From assembly GCA_032718475.1 (NCBI GenBank), contig JAUCBJ010003973.1, positions 1 through 64,000 of the forward strand: 64,000 nucleotides of DNA, given 5' to 3'. The notes beneath the pieces were generated by a model. It saw only the letters and a list, made by a program, of their open reading frames with translations. It had not been told where the DNA came from and did no database searches. Positions within the stretch are counted from its first letter, which is position 1. Every line of letters starts with the position of its first letter. Position numbers and translations under genes: made by a program. The DNA is from Nemertoderma westbladi. Lineage: Eukaryota > Animalia > Xenacoelomorpha. This document shows, in pieces, positions 36,101 to 49,140 of this stretch.

Positions 36101-37856
36101 AGCAATAATAAAGTATAACAACGAGTAACATTGAGCAACAATGAGAAACACTGAGCAATAATAAAGAACAACATCGAGCAACAATGAGCAACAACGAGCA
36201 ATAATGAGCAACAACGACTGAACGAGCAACAACGAGTTATATTAAGCAACAACGAGATATATTGAGCAACAATGACTGAACGAGCAACAACGAGTAATAT
36301 TGAACAACAACGAGCAACAATGAGGAACAACGATTGAACGACCAATAATAAAGTACAACAACGAGCAACAATGAGTAACAATGAGCAATAATGAGCAACA
36401 ACGAGCAATTATAAAGTACAACTAACGACCAACAATGAGCACCAACAAGCAACAATGACCAACAACGAGCAACAATGACCAACAATGAGAAATAATAAAG
36501 CACAACGAGCAGCAATGAGCAACAACGAGCAACAAACTGCGTCGAACCGGATTGAATGTGGGGGAGAGCCACGTTCAAGAGAGCGAAGCCTTAGCATATG
36601 GGTGCTATTAACGAGTTGTCTGTCGTCGTTGTAAATTTTTTATCGCTAATAACTCGGTCATTCCTTGATGAAATTAAACGAAACTTAGTATGTATGTAGT
36701 CTGTCAAAAGATTAGAAATAATCTGAAGTTTGGTAAAAAACAAACGAACGCAATGAGGCAAATTAAGGAGACGAGTATTATGTTGAACGACCTCTGACTA
36801 ACGAAAGACAACATGTTAATGGCTGAATGGGGTGGGGTCCCTATCAGCTAGGGCTAGCTAAGGCTTTGCTCACTTCATGCCGCGCAAAGGTCCCACGAAC
36901 GTGTCCCACTCCTGCCTGAGCCAGTTGAGCCAAAACGTCATCCAGTCATGATATTTAACCTTCATAACGTCTATCAGCTGCCCAACCGAACCATCTTTGT
37001 GCCTATTGACATGACATAGACATTGGTTTTTCACTTTTTTCACACCTTTCAAGTACAACATTTTGGACAATCCATCTAAGTGGGGCATAACGTGGAGCAG
37101 AAGAGGAAATGCAGGACACAAGTTAGTTTTTCGAAACTCTGCGGCGATGTCCAGTTACTTGAGTCCTGTTTCATCGAAATACGTGACAATGTATGTGCGC
37201 TCAGATGGGCGATGGGCTATTCTTTTGAATATCAATGGGCTATTCTATGCTACCGTGTGAGGTAAGAATGCCAGTGCTAGCAACTTCATTATGATACGAT
37301 ATTCTATAGAGGATTTATAGAGTGCAGTGCAACCATTGTCCTTATCCTTAACCCAACAATTAGCAATATACAGACTGACATAAATCAAAGAATTATGAAA
37401 GAAGTGTAACACATACTGTAAGGAATAAGAAATATTTATTTTATTTAAGGAATGTGCAGATTTTGGAATACAATTGTATTCCTAAATAATAAACCCAGGT
37501 CAAAAAGTTATTATTTAGGGACTTTTAGTATTTATGTGTACAATTTCGATCTTAAATAAGGTAAATTTAAAAAATCCCCCTTATTTAGGAACTAGTCGTA
37601 TTTTTGATGCAATTTTAAAACGCTTGTAGAAAAAAAACTGGACGGTGAAATGTTTTCTGGTTTTTTGCTTTATGTTCAAGAAAGACCCAACTTTTACATT
37701 GTGAAATAAAATTATGCGGTATTTTTTCCTGAAACAAGTTATTGCATATTATATCGAAAAAATATCCAAAAAAGGCCCAAAAACCCCTAAATAAGAGCCA
37801 TTTTCCTTAAATAAGAACCCACTTTTGGAGCTTATTTAAGGGTATGTTCCCTACTG
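33175..37856. mobile_element. Long-TIR (~420 bp) non-autonomous DNA transposon with CAG...CTG termini and a 5-bp TSD
   Basis: cagtagggaacataccc...gggtatgttccctactg; TSD cctat at 33170-33174 and 37857-37861. No recognisable transposase inside. Confidence 0.9.
34026..36985. repeat. Two blocks of (aacaaYgagc)-type 10-bp satellite, each followed by a duplicated ~470-bp Helentron/DINE-like segment
   Basis: Satellite at ~34026-35230 and ~35690-36535; ~35225-35690 is duplicated at ~36530-36985. Confidence 0.85.
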
Positions 37857-38677
37857 CCTATTATATTATATTTCGTGCATATTCTAATCTGAACAATTAT
37901 TTAACACTATAAGTCCAGAAGTCTGTAAGTACTGTAGTACAGCTTCAATATCAAGTACAATCTGATAATACTGCAGTATTTACTTAAAGTCAATGACTGA
38001 CTGACTGTACTGCAGTACAGGCTGACTGGTACTGGCCAGCTGGCTGACTAGCAGACTATTACAGATAGGGCCTACTTTAAAAAATTGTAATTTTGCTGGA
38101 TTGTACACTGTCAGACTGTAGGCCTATCACTGCAGCCATTTACTGCTGTCTTGCCAGCATACTGTACTGCAGTACTGGTACACGTACGGTAGGGGGTAGG
38201 CTACCTACAGTACACATCTCTACCACAGTTAGACAGTTAGCTAGGTAGGTACTGTAGGTAATTTTTAGCCGTCAGCGTCAGGCCGTCGCCGTCAGCATCA
38301 ATCAGGCCGTCGCCGTCAGCGTCAGGCCGTCTGTCCATGATAAATTAATTACTTAAATTTTAAATTGAAAATTCGTAAATCTATAAATTATGAAATTAAT
38401 TAGACCTACAGTATGATTGATTATGAGCGATTGGTGAACGATAACCATACTTTATTTTTTTTAAATAAATAATTAAATTTTTAAAATTTTTTAAAAACTC
38501 CGGCTCCTGCTCCGGCCAAATTGTCCAACTCCGGCTCCTGCTCCGGCTCCGGCCAAATCCCAACTCCGATCGAGCCCTACAAATAATACACATATTAGCG
38601 ACATTACTTTTAATCCCAGTGTAGTACTTAAGATTTTACGAGACCTACCATGAAAGTCTGGCTCAACACCAGATGGC

Positions 38678-39974
38678 ATGCCTAGCTTATTATACCGTAG
38701 TTTGGCTACACAGCTAGCAACGCCTTTGTCTGTTATGTTTGAAATATCTTTCAGTTTACATGTGTTACCCAATATCTGGCTTACAGCAATTGTAGTACCC
38801 CTGTTCAAGAAAGATGACCCGTCCAACCCATACAACTACCGGCCAATTTCTTTGACTTGCATTGCCTGCAAAATAATGGAAACTTGTATTAAAAATGAAC
38901 TTTTAAAGTACCTACTTTCGAATGGCCTAATTTCTAAAATTCAACACGGCTTTCTCAAACGCCGCTCAACTGCAACTCATCTCCTCGAGTGCACGAACGA
39001 TTGGTACAAATTATTAGATAATAAACAGAACATCGATATTATTTATATCGACTTCGAGAAGGCCTTCGATAAGGTGGTACACTCTAAACTTTTACAAAAA
39101 CTGGCCGCGTATGGGATTTCAGGTAATCTATTTGACTGGATAGTCGCCTTCTTAGCTAATCGTAGTCAACGTGTTTTAGTTGGATACAAATACTCAGATT
39201 ATGTTGACGTCAAATCAGGAACACCCCAAGGAAGCGTCTTGGGGCCGAATTTGTTCCTAGTTTTTGTAAACGATTTGCCTTCGGAATTTACAAATGTAGG
39301 TTGCAAACTATTTGCTGACGATTTAAAATTATATGTTAACAGTAATAATCCGGCAAACATTCAAAATGCGTTGGATAGATTAGCCAGTTGGAGTAAAACC
39401 TGGCAGCTCAATGTCGCTGCGCACAAATGTCATGTACTTCACCTTGGTACACGCACACCGAGTGAGTACACTCTCAACGGTTCTATTCTAGAACTCAAGG
39501 AGAGTTGTAAGGACCTAGGTATTATCGTTACCAAAAATCTGTGTTTCAGCAAATACTGCAGCCAACAAGTAACCAAGGCTGCAAGGCGTATAAAATGTGC
39601 AATATAATATTTAGGTGCTTCCACACTTCCTGACTTCTAATGTCAATGTACTTATTACGGCTTATAAGGCGTATGTTCGCCCACTGTTAGAGTATTGTAC
39701 TGTGGTTTGGTCTCCTCACCAAATTTTTAATATAAAATTGGTTGAGCGCATCCAACGATATTTCACCAGACGATTGTTTTCAAGATGCCAGTTAACACAC
39801 ATAGATAACAGTTACTCTAATAGATTAATACACTTGAAACTCCAACCATTAGAAGTTAGGCGAATTATTTTTGATATCCGTATGGTTTATAATATTTGTC
39901 ACAATAACATTGACCTTCATTTTAACGATTTTTTCTCGCATGTGCAACGGCAAGGTTTGCGAGGCCATAACTGA
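38678..39974 (+). pseudogene. CR1 reverse transcriptase, frameshifted
   Basis: ORFs 38678-39607 and 39615-39974 are consecutive parts of one RT (YKAYVRPLLEYCTVVWSP in the second). Confidence 0.92.
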
Positions 39975-42674
39975 TAACAGGAAACTGTTTGCTCAGCCTA
40001 GCAGGCTAGTCGTTGTCAGAAATCGTTTTGCCAGCCGTATAGTCTGATAGTATCCGTGTGGAATTCCTTGCCCTCAGATGCCGTTAATGCACGTAATTTG
40101 TATATTTTTAATTGCCATATACGTCATATTGATTTTAGTCACTTGTGTCATTTTGTTTAAATATGCACACATTATACCCCGCCTCGTATTTTGATTTGAT
40201 TTTTTTTATATTTTCTCTGTTCATAATGACTGACCGTGTTTTACCATTTTATTTTTTTAGTTTGCAATATTTTTACTTAATTCCAATAGAGATACGCTCG
40301 TAAGTGCAACATTGCCTGGGTTATCTTCTCCCTCCATACATATAATTGTTCAATTAAAGGTCTAATTCAATTGCATTTTGTGAATATGTATGTCATTAAG
40401 ATTAATTTTAAATAATTAATTATTTTATTTGTCGGTGCAATTATTTGGAGTGCAATTACATTACATTACATTACATAAAGGAATCTTCAAATGAACAAAA
40501 TGTAATATTTTGAAAAAAGTGAAAATTGAAAACTGAAAAGTGAAACCCTTCTAACAATTAACCTAAATCTTATTGTAGATACATTCTGACATTGTTTATG
40601 AAAAACATTTTTTTGTCTTTTTGGGTAGTTTTTTAGGTAATATTGAGCTTTTTTGTGTTATTTTTTGTATTTTTTTGTGTTTTTTGTGTGTATTTTTTTT
40701 TTTTTTGGGGTAATTCGTAGGACCCTAAAAAACCATAAAAAACCAATTTTTTCGCCTTTTTTTAAAAGTTGGTTAAACCAAAAAAGAAAAAACCATAAAA
40801 AACCAATGGTGAGAAAAACCATTGGTCAGTTGGTTGCCAACCGCTTCACACAGCATGTGGCATACTGTAACATTATGTAACAAGCTGTTGAAACGTTTAT
40901 AATCTTTTATAATAATCTATTTTCTTCTACATTCTACTGTTCTATAATCTTATATAATATAATATAATCTATAATTAATAATCTTTTATAATAATAATAT
41001 AATAATCTTTTAAGGCTAATAATGCCAAGGAATGCCTGTTCACCACCACGGATGATATTCCAAAGTAAACCTTCCATTATGTTTTCCAAAGTTGCCTTGG
41101 TTCCCATTTATCGACCACTCACAAGGATGAAAGCTAGGGTTGGTCTAGGCTGAAGCATTTAAAGCATTATTCAGCAATTATTCATTATCTGATTATTGCT
41201 GAAGCAATAATTTGCACTCTTTTGTACTATTTTTGCACTTTATTGTACTCTTTTGTACTATTTTGTACTTTCTGACTTTTTTGTACAGATTCGTCGGACC
41301 GAAGGTATGCCATACTTTGAAATCAGGTGCTGCAGTGCAGTACAGCAGTATGGCAGTATGGTATTGGTGGTATCAGGTATAGGCCTACATCTGTCTGTCT
41401 GTCATACATCAGTACTACACTACCAGACTACATACTGACATACCGCTGTAACGGTACTGACTACTGAGTACTGACATACTGCAGTACTGACCTTCACAGC
41501 CTGATAGCTGTCAGCGTTCGGCTGTAGGCCTGTACAGCCAGAGCCAGACAGCAGTACAACAGTTGTAGGCCATAGGCTGTGGGTCTGTCTGTACTGCTGT
41601 ACACACAGTCTGACTGTGCTGCAGTACGGTCAGACGGTACCACAGTCAGACAGTACCAGTACAATACCGGTGTAACAGAGAATTTTCACTCCCATGCAAA
41701 ATCACTCACCAGTTAAAATTCCATAGTGTGTTCCAGTGGTCAGGTGGTAGCGGTTTAAATCCCAGATAATACCTTCACCAGCAAAGTGCATCAATCAGTG
41801 TACCTTCGGAGCTGAAGGGCTGGAGATGGAGCGCGAACTTTGTTCCAATTCAGAGCGAACTTTGTTCCAGTTCACAGTGAACTTTGTTCCTACAAAATAT
41901 AATTATAGTCTGTCTGTCTCGTAAACCTATGTACTGCGAATTTTGTTCCTATGAAAGCGAATTTTGTTCCACTCACAATTACAGTACTGAGTTCTGCCGT
42001 AGCTAATTTACGGTATATGAATAACAACACGCATGCTGAAATTATCTTCCATGCCGTCCGTCATCTTTCCCACGATTTAACACAATAGTATTAGATTGAA
42101 TAGGAAACGTTTACTTACTTGGAGAATCATTATTAATATAATTTAATTTTGATTTAGAAATTATCTTACCGCCAGTATTCACAGCCGCTCCACTTTTGTT
42201 ATGGAATATATTAATGTAGGATTTTTGTACAAATATTGAATTTTTATACAGTAATAATAAATTCTTATAATATTGATTTACTAAGAATACTTAGTTTGTA
42301 CGTAATGTACATAATAGTAATACGCGTGCCCTACCTAGTGTCAGATTATCCTATGTCCCAAAGGATAACAATAATTACGGTAATGTTTGCGACTTTGAAA
42401 TTAAACATTTGAAACACCCAATCATTCATTCAGTTTCCCAGTCTCCGTTCAGCCGTTGGCCGGAAAATGTCGTAGAAAATCTATACCACTCGGGACCGAC
42501 CTAAATTAATACCGGTACTGGTGCCACATACCCTAGATGTAAAGGTTGTAAAGTACTTGTTGTAGGGTAACGTGGCTCATCAACTGCGGGTAACGTTATG
42601 GGAATGGTTATCGCAATGGGAAATTTTTCAATTTTATCAATTTTGACATTAAACATTATAGCGGCTCTATTATA

Positions 42675-43292
42675 GGGATGCAGTCACTTCCCCAATAGGA
42701 CACTTCCCCAATAGGACACTTCCCCAATAGGACACTTCCCCAATAGGACACTTCTCCAATAAGTCACTTCCCATTAAAAATGTATTTTAAGTCACTTGCC
42801 CAATATACTGTATTTCATTTTTAACCGAAATTATGTCACTTTACCAATAGGTCACTTGCGCAATACTCGACTTACAGAAAGTCACTCGCCCAATAAGTTT
42901 TTTGAGACCATAATTTCCATTCACTACATATTCTGCCTGTTCCTATAGGTCTAATACATCACATAATCAGATAGTGGCGCACATTGAGCGCAAGTGAAAA
43001 TAGTGATCCTCAGCACAAATTGACCGCAGGTGAAATAATTTATAGTTTATTGTTTTGGTTAGAAAACACTGCCTCTGAAGCCTGCTCCTTTCCATTAATG
43101 TTCTTAATTAAATAAAGCTAAATCTCAAAGTATTGGGCAAGTGTCATATTCTAAAACTGGCCTATTGGGATAGTGACCATACCAGATCTAGTTATTTGGG
43201 AAATGACTCATAGGGAAAGTGTCTTAAGGTTAATATTATTGGGCAAAAGTTTCATTGGGGAAGTGTCCCTATTGGGCATCTGACAGTTAACC
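42675..43292. mobile_element. MITE with (ggacacttccccaata)n subterminal repeats
   Basis: 16-bp repeats at the left end appear inverted (tattggggaagtgtcc) at the right end. Confidence 0.8.
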
Positions 43293-43552
43293 ATATTTTA
43301 TACTTATCTGCATAGAATGATGCATTTAAATAGGACAATATAGATCTTATAATGACCGATCTGATTATAGATAACAAATAATTGTTTGATTTTGAATATT
43401 CACATCCTATGCATGCATATTGCTTATTGCATAGTTATGTTAGTGGTAAACTACTCATTAAGTAAGATATACTAAATATTGTTAGAAAAAATTGTCAGTA
43501 CAAAGTCACTTGCACTACAATTTCACTAGTTGTTGCAGAATTATCTTTAATT

Positions 43553-43935
43553 AATGTGGGGCGAGCGACGAAAGTAAGCGAGCTTAGCATACAGGTACCA
43601 CTAACTCAATCGGTATGTCTGTTGTTCTGTCGATCTGTTGTTCTGTCGTTCTGTTGTTCTGTCGTGTCAAATTTTAAACGTTAATAACTCAGCCAAATGA
43701 TTGATATTTAACCAAACTTGGTACACATGTAGTCTGGCCAAAGTTTAGAAATTTTCCAAGTTGAATTTTCGCGTGGTCTTCGAGAAGCTAAGATAATAGC
43801 AGTTAATTAGTTAATTAAGTTGATTAGTGTAAAAACATCAATTTCAACCTGCCTCCTTAAAGGATATTAATTATTTTCTAGTATAAGATTTAAATAATTA
43901 TACTTAAAATTTATACAGCTGTAGCCCCCATACAA
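43553..43935 (+). mobile_element. Helentron-associated (DINE-1/HINE-like) element
   Basis: aatgtgggg...gagcttagcata, (ctgt)-type microsatellite, ataactc...aaacttggt, cccca end; related to 35250 and 36556. Confidence 0.5.
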
Positions 43936-44569
43936 CATTCCATTATAGTTTTTAATTTGTTCAAGTGATTTGCTTTAATAAATGTGTCTTTAATTGATCT
44001 AAACGTAATTAAAGCGGCACAATTATTGAGTACAAATTTAATCCTTCCCATTATTGGTCAACATAGTCTCTGCGGGGGGTGTAGAGCTGCTAGCTGGCAC
44101 CAGGGCAGAGGGGAATTGTACTGTAATAGGCAGCCAGTAGTATTGATATAGCAACACAGACATAACTCCAACCACACTGCGTGTATTTCAATTCCTATTG
44201 ACTCTATACTATAAATGTTGTATTACTTACTATCTCAGGTGACAGAAGATATAATGACATAAATACTCATGGCTGTTGTAGGCTTATATCTGAAGTAGTT
44301 TATTCCGCAATATATTTGTCTGGTTATTTTTTAATTGAATTTTTGCAAAGTGGTAAAATTAATGTTCTTAAAAATAATATTATTATTTTATATGTAACCT
44401 AGGAAATTAGCTACATATTTTCGCTGCAGCTTTAAGAGTGTACATTGATTTAATATTATTTTAATACCCATATTACTATCGGCATACGATGCGTTGGCGT
44501 TGTATCACACATCTCCACATAGATGTATCAGCAGTTACTCGCACAGTTTCGAAACTTCGCATAGTTATA

Positions 44570-45015
44570 ACTGTATAAAGATCGTCAGTCTTGGTTTAGG
44601 AAAAATATTTTAATGCAAAACAGGACGAGCGATGAGCGCAACGAGGCATATAATGAAGACCAGTACTGCGTAGACTGTGTTCCTATATACCATACCTGGC
44701 TTCGCCTATGGAAGGCATCGATAGTTATAAAGATCGTCAGTCTGCGTTTAAGAAATATATTTAAATACAAAACAGGACGAGCACAACGAGGCTTATAAAG
44801 AAAACGAGTACTGCGTTGACTATATTATTATATAAACCACCTGGCTTCACACATTGATCGCATCCCGAGTTATTATTATTATAAAGATCGTCCTAGCCTG
44901 CGTTTAAGAAATATATTTAAATTCAAAACAGGACGAACGCAACGAGGCTTATAATGAAAACGAGTACTGCGTTTATTATATTCCTATAAACCACCTGGCT
45001 TTGCATATTGAACGT
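44570..45015. repeat. ~153-bp tandem repeat, 3 copies
   Basis: ataaagatcgtc recurs at ~44575, 44727 and 44881. Confidence 0.85.
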
Positions 45016-45259
45016 GCGATTGGAAATAAGTTCGTGCTACCCTTCCGTGGGCAGTAGATGTCGCGGTTATGTATTGGTGGGTGGGAAGGTTGGGGGGGGG
45101 GGGGGTGCAGATTAAAAGGGCTGAACACGTACTGTACCCCTTTCTTTAATTGATTGGTCGTGTGGGTAAATTTCTCAAATACTGATTTTGTGATACAGTC
45201 GCTCAGTTTTAATTTGTATCTCATAACTGGGCCTCGTGCTGCGCGAAGGCCCCACGGCG

Positions 45260-46303
45260 TAAGTTGGCAAATTTTGGTGCTAGCACCAAATTTCGTACAC
45301 ATCACCAAAAAGTACAAGTTTGCGATGTCCAGTGCTATTTTTATTGATTCCATCGGATTCAGGACCCTCATAAACCCGTATAACGCAAGAAACAAGGTGA
45401 TATTATCTACTGATCAGTTTGCATATTTTCCAAAATTTGGTGCTGGCACAACAATATTCACCCACCGGCGAAAAATACAAGTTTGAGAACTCTTATGAAA
45501 TTTTTACTGATTCCATTGAATTCAGAACCATCACAAACCAGTATAACGCAAGAAACAAGGTGACACAATCAATTGATATATTAGATGGTTTTCAAAATTT
45601 GGTGCTAGCACCACATTTTGCACCCACATCCGAAAAATACAAGTTTGAGATGTCTAGTTCGATAATTATATATTCCATTGAATTCAGAACAGCCATAAAC
45701 CTATAAAACGCAAGAAATAAATTGTCACAAGCAATTTTATCTATTGAATGGATTTTCAAAATTTCGTGCTCGCACCAAAATTTGCACACAGCACCAAAAA
45801 ATACAAGTTTGATACGCTTGGTGCAACTCGTATATATTTCATCGAATCTAGAACCCCAAAAAACCGCAATTGCGTAAAAAACAAGTTTCAAACAATCAAT
45901 TTACAAAATTGACTTATTTCAAAATTTGGTGCTGGCACCAAAATTTGGCACCCACCGAAAAAAACAAGTTTGAAATTTCTAAATCAATTTATATTAATTC
46001 CATCAAATTTCTAACACCAAAAAACCGGTGTAAATCAAAAATAGAGATGTTACAATTCATATTTAATGAAATGTAATTTTCAAAAAAAGTCTCAAAAAAA
46101 GTGCCAAAAGTAGGGTTAAAAATGGTGCTATAACTCGAAAAGTACCCAATATTTTTGTAAACGGTTTTCACTACTAGGAAGACAATCGATTTTTAGGAAA
46201 AGTCATAAAATTTCATATTCCCAACTGCGTTTGTTTCAGAATTATAATAAAAAAACCACGGGGGGGTCATATTGACCCCCCCCCCCGGGTTTAATAGGTT
46301 TAA
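45260..46303. mobile_element. piggyBac-like non-autonomous element end with ~170-bp internal tandem repeats
   Basis: aaatttggtgctRgcacca units x5; terminus ...gggtttaataggtTTAA directly abuts BEL gag sequence. Confidence 0.6.
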
Positions 46304-48767
46304 AGACCCTAGATGCACCTTACGAACTCAATGCATCAAACAACATCACTGCAATAGCGCAGGCACTACCGATCTGGCTGAGGAACAAGTGGAGAAAGAT
46401 CGCCTTCTCCACCCGGGAGAAGAAAGGTGCGGAGCCAGGGCTAGAGGAGATGTCGAACTTCCTTAATTATGAAGCATAATTGATTACAGACCCAGTCTAC
46501 AGCGAGGACAGTTTGGGTAGGGTACCGAAGGCAGAATGCAGCCGATCTAAACCAGAACATGGTTCGGCGGATGCGTTTCCGTGAGTGGGACAGTCGCTAC
46601 CGCATGCAGGTACGCAGGGGACTTGTAGTCCACAAGCAGCTGGGAGTAGGGCCACACCGTGGCAGGGACAGAAACAAAATAACAATACAAACAAATACAA
46701 TCCCAATAACCCCAGTAGGCCGAGTCCAAACAACCAAAACACTAAACCGCTAGATATGAATCTATGCGCGATACGTGAAGCACTATACAAGGAAGGCTAC
46801 AATCCAAAATACAAATGCCAATTACATAAAAACGCATTCCACAAGACCATGAACTGCAAGCATTGGCAGGCGTTGCTTAAACAAGATCGGGTAGCCTATG
46901 CTGGCATAAATGGACTATGTCATCGATGCGTGGTAGGAGGACACGGATTCGAAGAGTGTAAAGAAACACCAATAAAACACGGCAAGATAGATGGAAGTAG
47001 AGGCCAAACAATGGCTACAAGCACCATGGGAGCGAAGAGAAGGGGAATGATACTACTCGGGATGGTACCGGTTAGGATAATAGGAGAGAGTGGGCGGTCG
47101 GTCACGACGTTAATGTTGGTCGACAGCAGAGCAGCGTTCACGCTAGCGGAAAGTTGTGTGGCCGAAAAGATAGGGTTGCAGACGAGGCCAAGCAAGACGG
47201 CAGTAACTACTATCTCGAGTAAGGATGAGGTCTTGAGGATGAGAACGGGACTTTGCGAAATATCAGCGATAGCACCAGGGTGCGATTATGGGGCGACCAT
47301 CCGAATAATAGAATCGATTAATATTAACGTCAGACGACCCACGAAGATCAAGGTCGAGCAATATACCTGGACTATATAAAAAAGTACCTGGACAATATCG
47401 ATTTATCCATGCCCGAGCTGGATGTCCCGAAAGTATCTCTCATAGTCGGCATGGACTGCCCGACAGCCCACATGAGACTTCAGACCATATTCGGGAATGA
47501 CAGGGAGCGAGACCCGATGGCCATTCTCACGCCATTTGGATGGACGCTCACTGGCCCAATTAAGACGAGGACACCGTTTGATGTGTCCGAGACATCAGGG
47601 TGCATGCTGTCCGGTGCTGTTGAGGACATAGAGGAGAAACCAAAGACGGGCTTTGGGGAGGTCCCATATGGGAAGCGGCCCGAGGGAGGACACCAGGAGT
47701 CGGGGATGGGTATGGATCTGGATCCACGTATTGAAAGGGTGGAGGATCAGTCCAGAGATATACCGCCGATAGATAAGTCAGGAGGAGAAGCAACAGCAAG
47801 AGAGTGGGTGGAGGAGAATGGGTTCGGCGCAAAGGACCTAGAGGCAATGGGATGGAACATAGATGTTCCAGGTGAGTATCGGTATGAGGGTGGAGAAGAG
47901 TGGATGGCGAGAGATCTGGAGAGATGTCCGGAACAGACGCCGGTCCAATTGAGAAGCATACCGATGGGGAGGAGGTCGAGTAGGAGGACAGGGTGGAAGG
48001 GGAGAAGATGTGGGAAGATTAGACCAAGGGCGGAGAAGCCGATAATGAAGAGTGACAAGGGAGGCAGGAAAGTTGCAGGAGGCGTGTTGTACACGCACAT
48101 GGGGCTGGCAGAGTGCGAAGGGGCATTAAATGGTAAGCTGTTATGCGTACCGAGGGATGACCGGGGGTCATCGGGTGCTTTAATTTCGGTGTACATATTG
48201 AGGGGGAGGCCAGCAGAGGTGGCATGTACCAGTGAGGATGGCATGAGGGGCGCCATTCTACCGCCAAGTGATGACAAGATGGTGGGTGGCATTTTGCTGC
48301 TAGGGGACCACGAGGAGATCAGTGAGATGACGGAAAGACCAGATTTAAGGGTGGAGGAGAAGGGAAGGTCTATTCCAGGTGAGTCGGAATTGACAGGGAG
48401 AATGGGGCGAGGAATAAGAGGACCTACAGGGGGGCAGTGGGAGAGTTGCCTGCTGGAAGAATCGCCCTTAGGTTGTTGAGTCGTCCAATATATTGGACTG
48501 AAGGGGGTGGGAATGAGGGCGAGACGCCCTTCCCACACATAAAAATAAAAAATAAAAAAAAATAATAGATATTATGAAGATGGTAGATAGAGATAGAGAT
48601 AGTGGATAGATAGAGGGTAGATAGGATAGATGGTAGATTGTAGATAGAGATAGTGGATAGATAGATGGTAGATAGATGATAGATAGATGATAGATAGTAG
48701 ATATTAGTAGGTAGTTAGAATTATGCACGTCGGAAGGGTACAATAATGTACCAACGTACCTAGTTTG

Positions 48768-49140
48768 AGTACCGTAGAACCTGTGGGCACTGAGGGAGCC
48801 ATGTGACAAATTGGGAGGTATGTACGCTTACCGGTGTAGTAGGGTATATAGTACCGTAGAACCTGTGGGCACTGAGGGAGCCATGTGACAAATTGGGAGG
48901 TATGTACGCATACCGGAGTAGTAGGGTATATAGTACCGTAGAACCTGTGGGCACTGAGGGCGCCACGTAAGGAATTGGGAGGTATGTACGCATACCGGAG
49001 TAGTAGGGTACATAGTACCGTAGAATTTGTGGCACTGAGGGCGCCACGCGAGGAATTCGGGGGTATGTACGCATACCGGAGTAGTAGGGTACATAGTACC
49101 GTAGAACTTGTGGGCACTGAGGTCGCCACGTGAGGAACTG
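48768..49140. repeat. 82-bp tandem repeat (~4.5 copies) in the BEL 3' region, preceded by a (GATA)n tract at ~48580-48710
   Basis: agtaccgtagaa recurs at 48768, 48850, 48932, 49014 and ~49095. Confidence 0.9.

Larger units (their letters stand above)
33055..38579. mobile_element. hAT-type MITE (host to a further insertion)
   Basis: TIR tagggctcgatcggag / ctccgatcgagcccta; 8-bp TSD caaataat. Confidence 0.93.
33000..40476 (+). mobile_element. 5'-truncated CR1-clade LINE split by a nested hAT MITE
   Basis: DDGNCPPFSRAVPNN (33010-33054) continues as THISDITFNP..PDGMP after 38587. RT motifs NYRPISLT, QHGF, DFEKAFDKV, GTPQGSVLGP, FADD; (attac)n tail at ~40454-40476. Confidence 0.9.

Noticed and set aside
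33945-36597. Long hydrophobic Cys-rich ORFs up to 448 aa
   Set aside because: Antisense reading of the 10-bp satellite; no domain structure.
48768-49140. CRISPR-like appearance of regularly spaced repeats
   Set aside because: Whole 82-bp units repeat with no unique spacers; eukaryotic LTR-element context and no cas genes.
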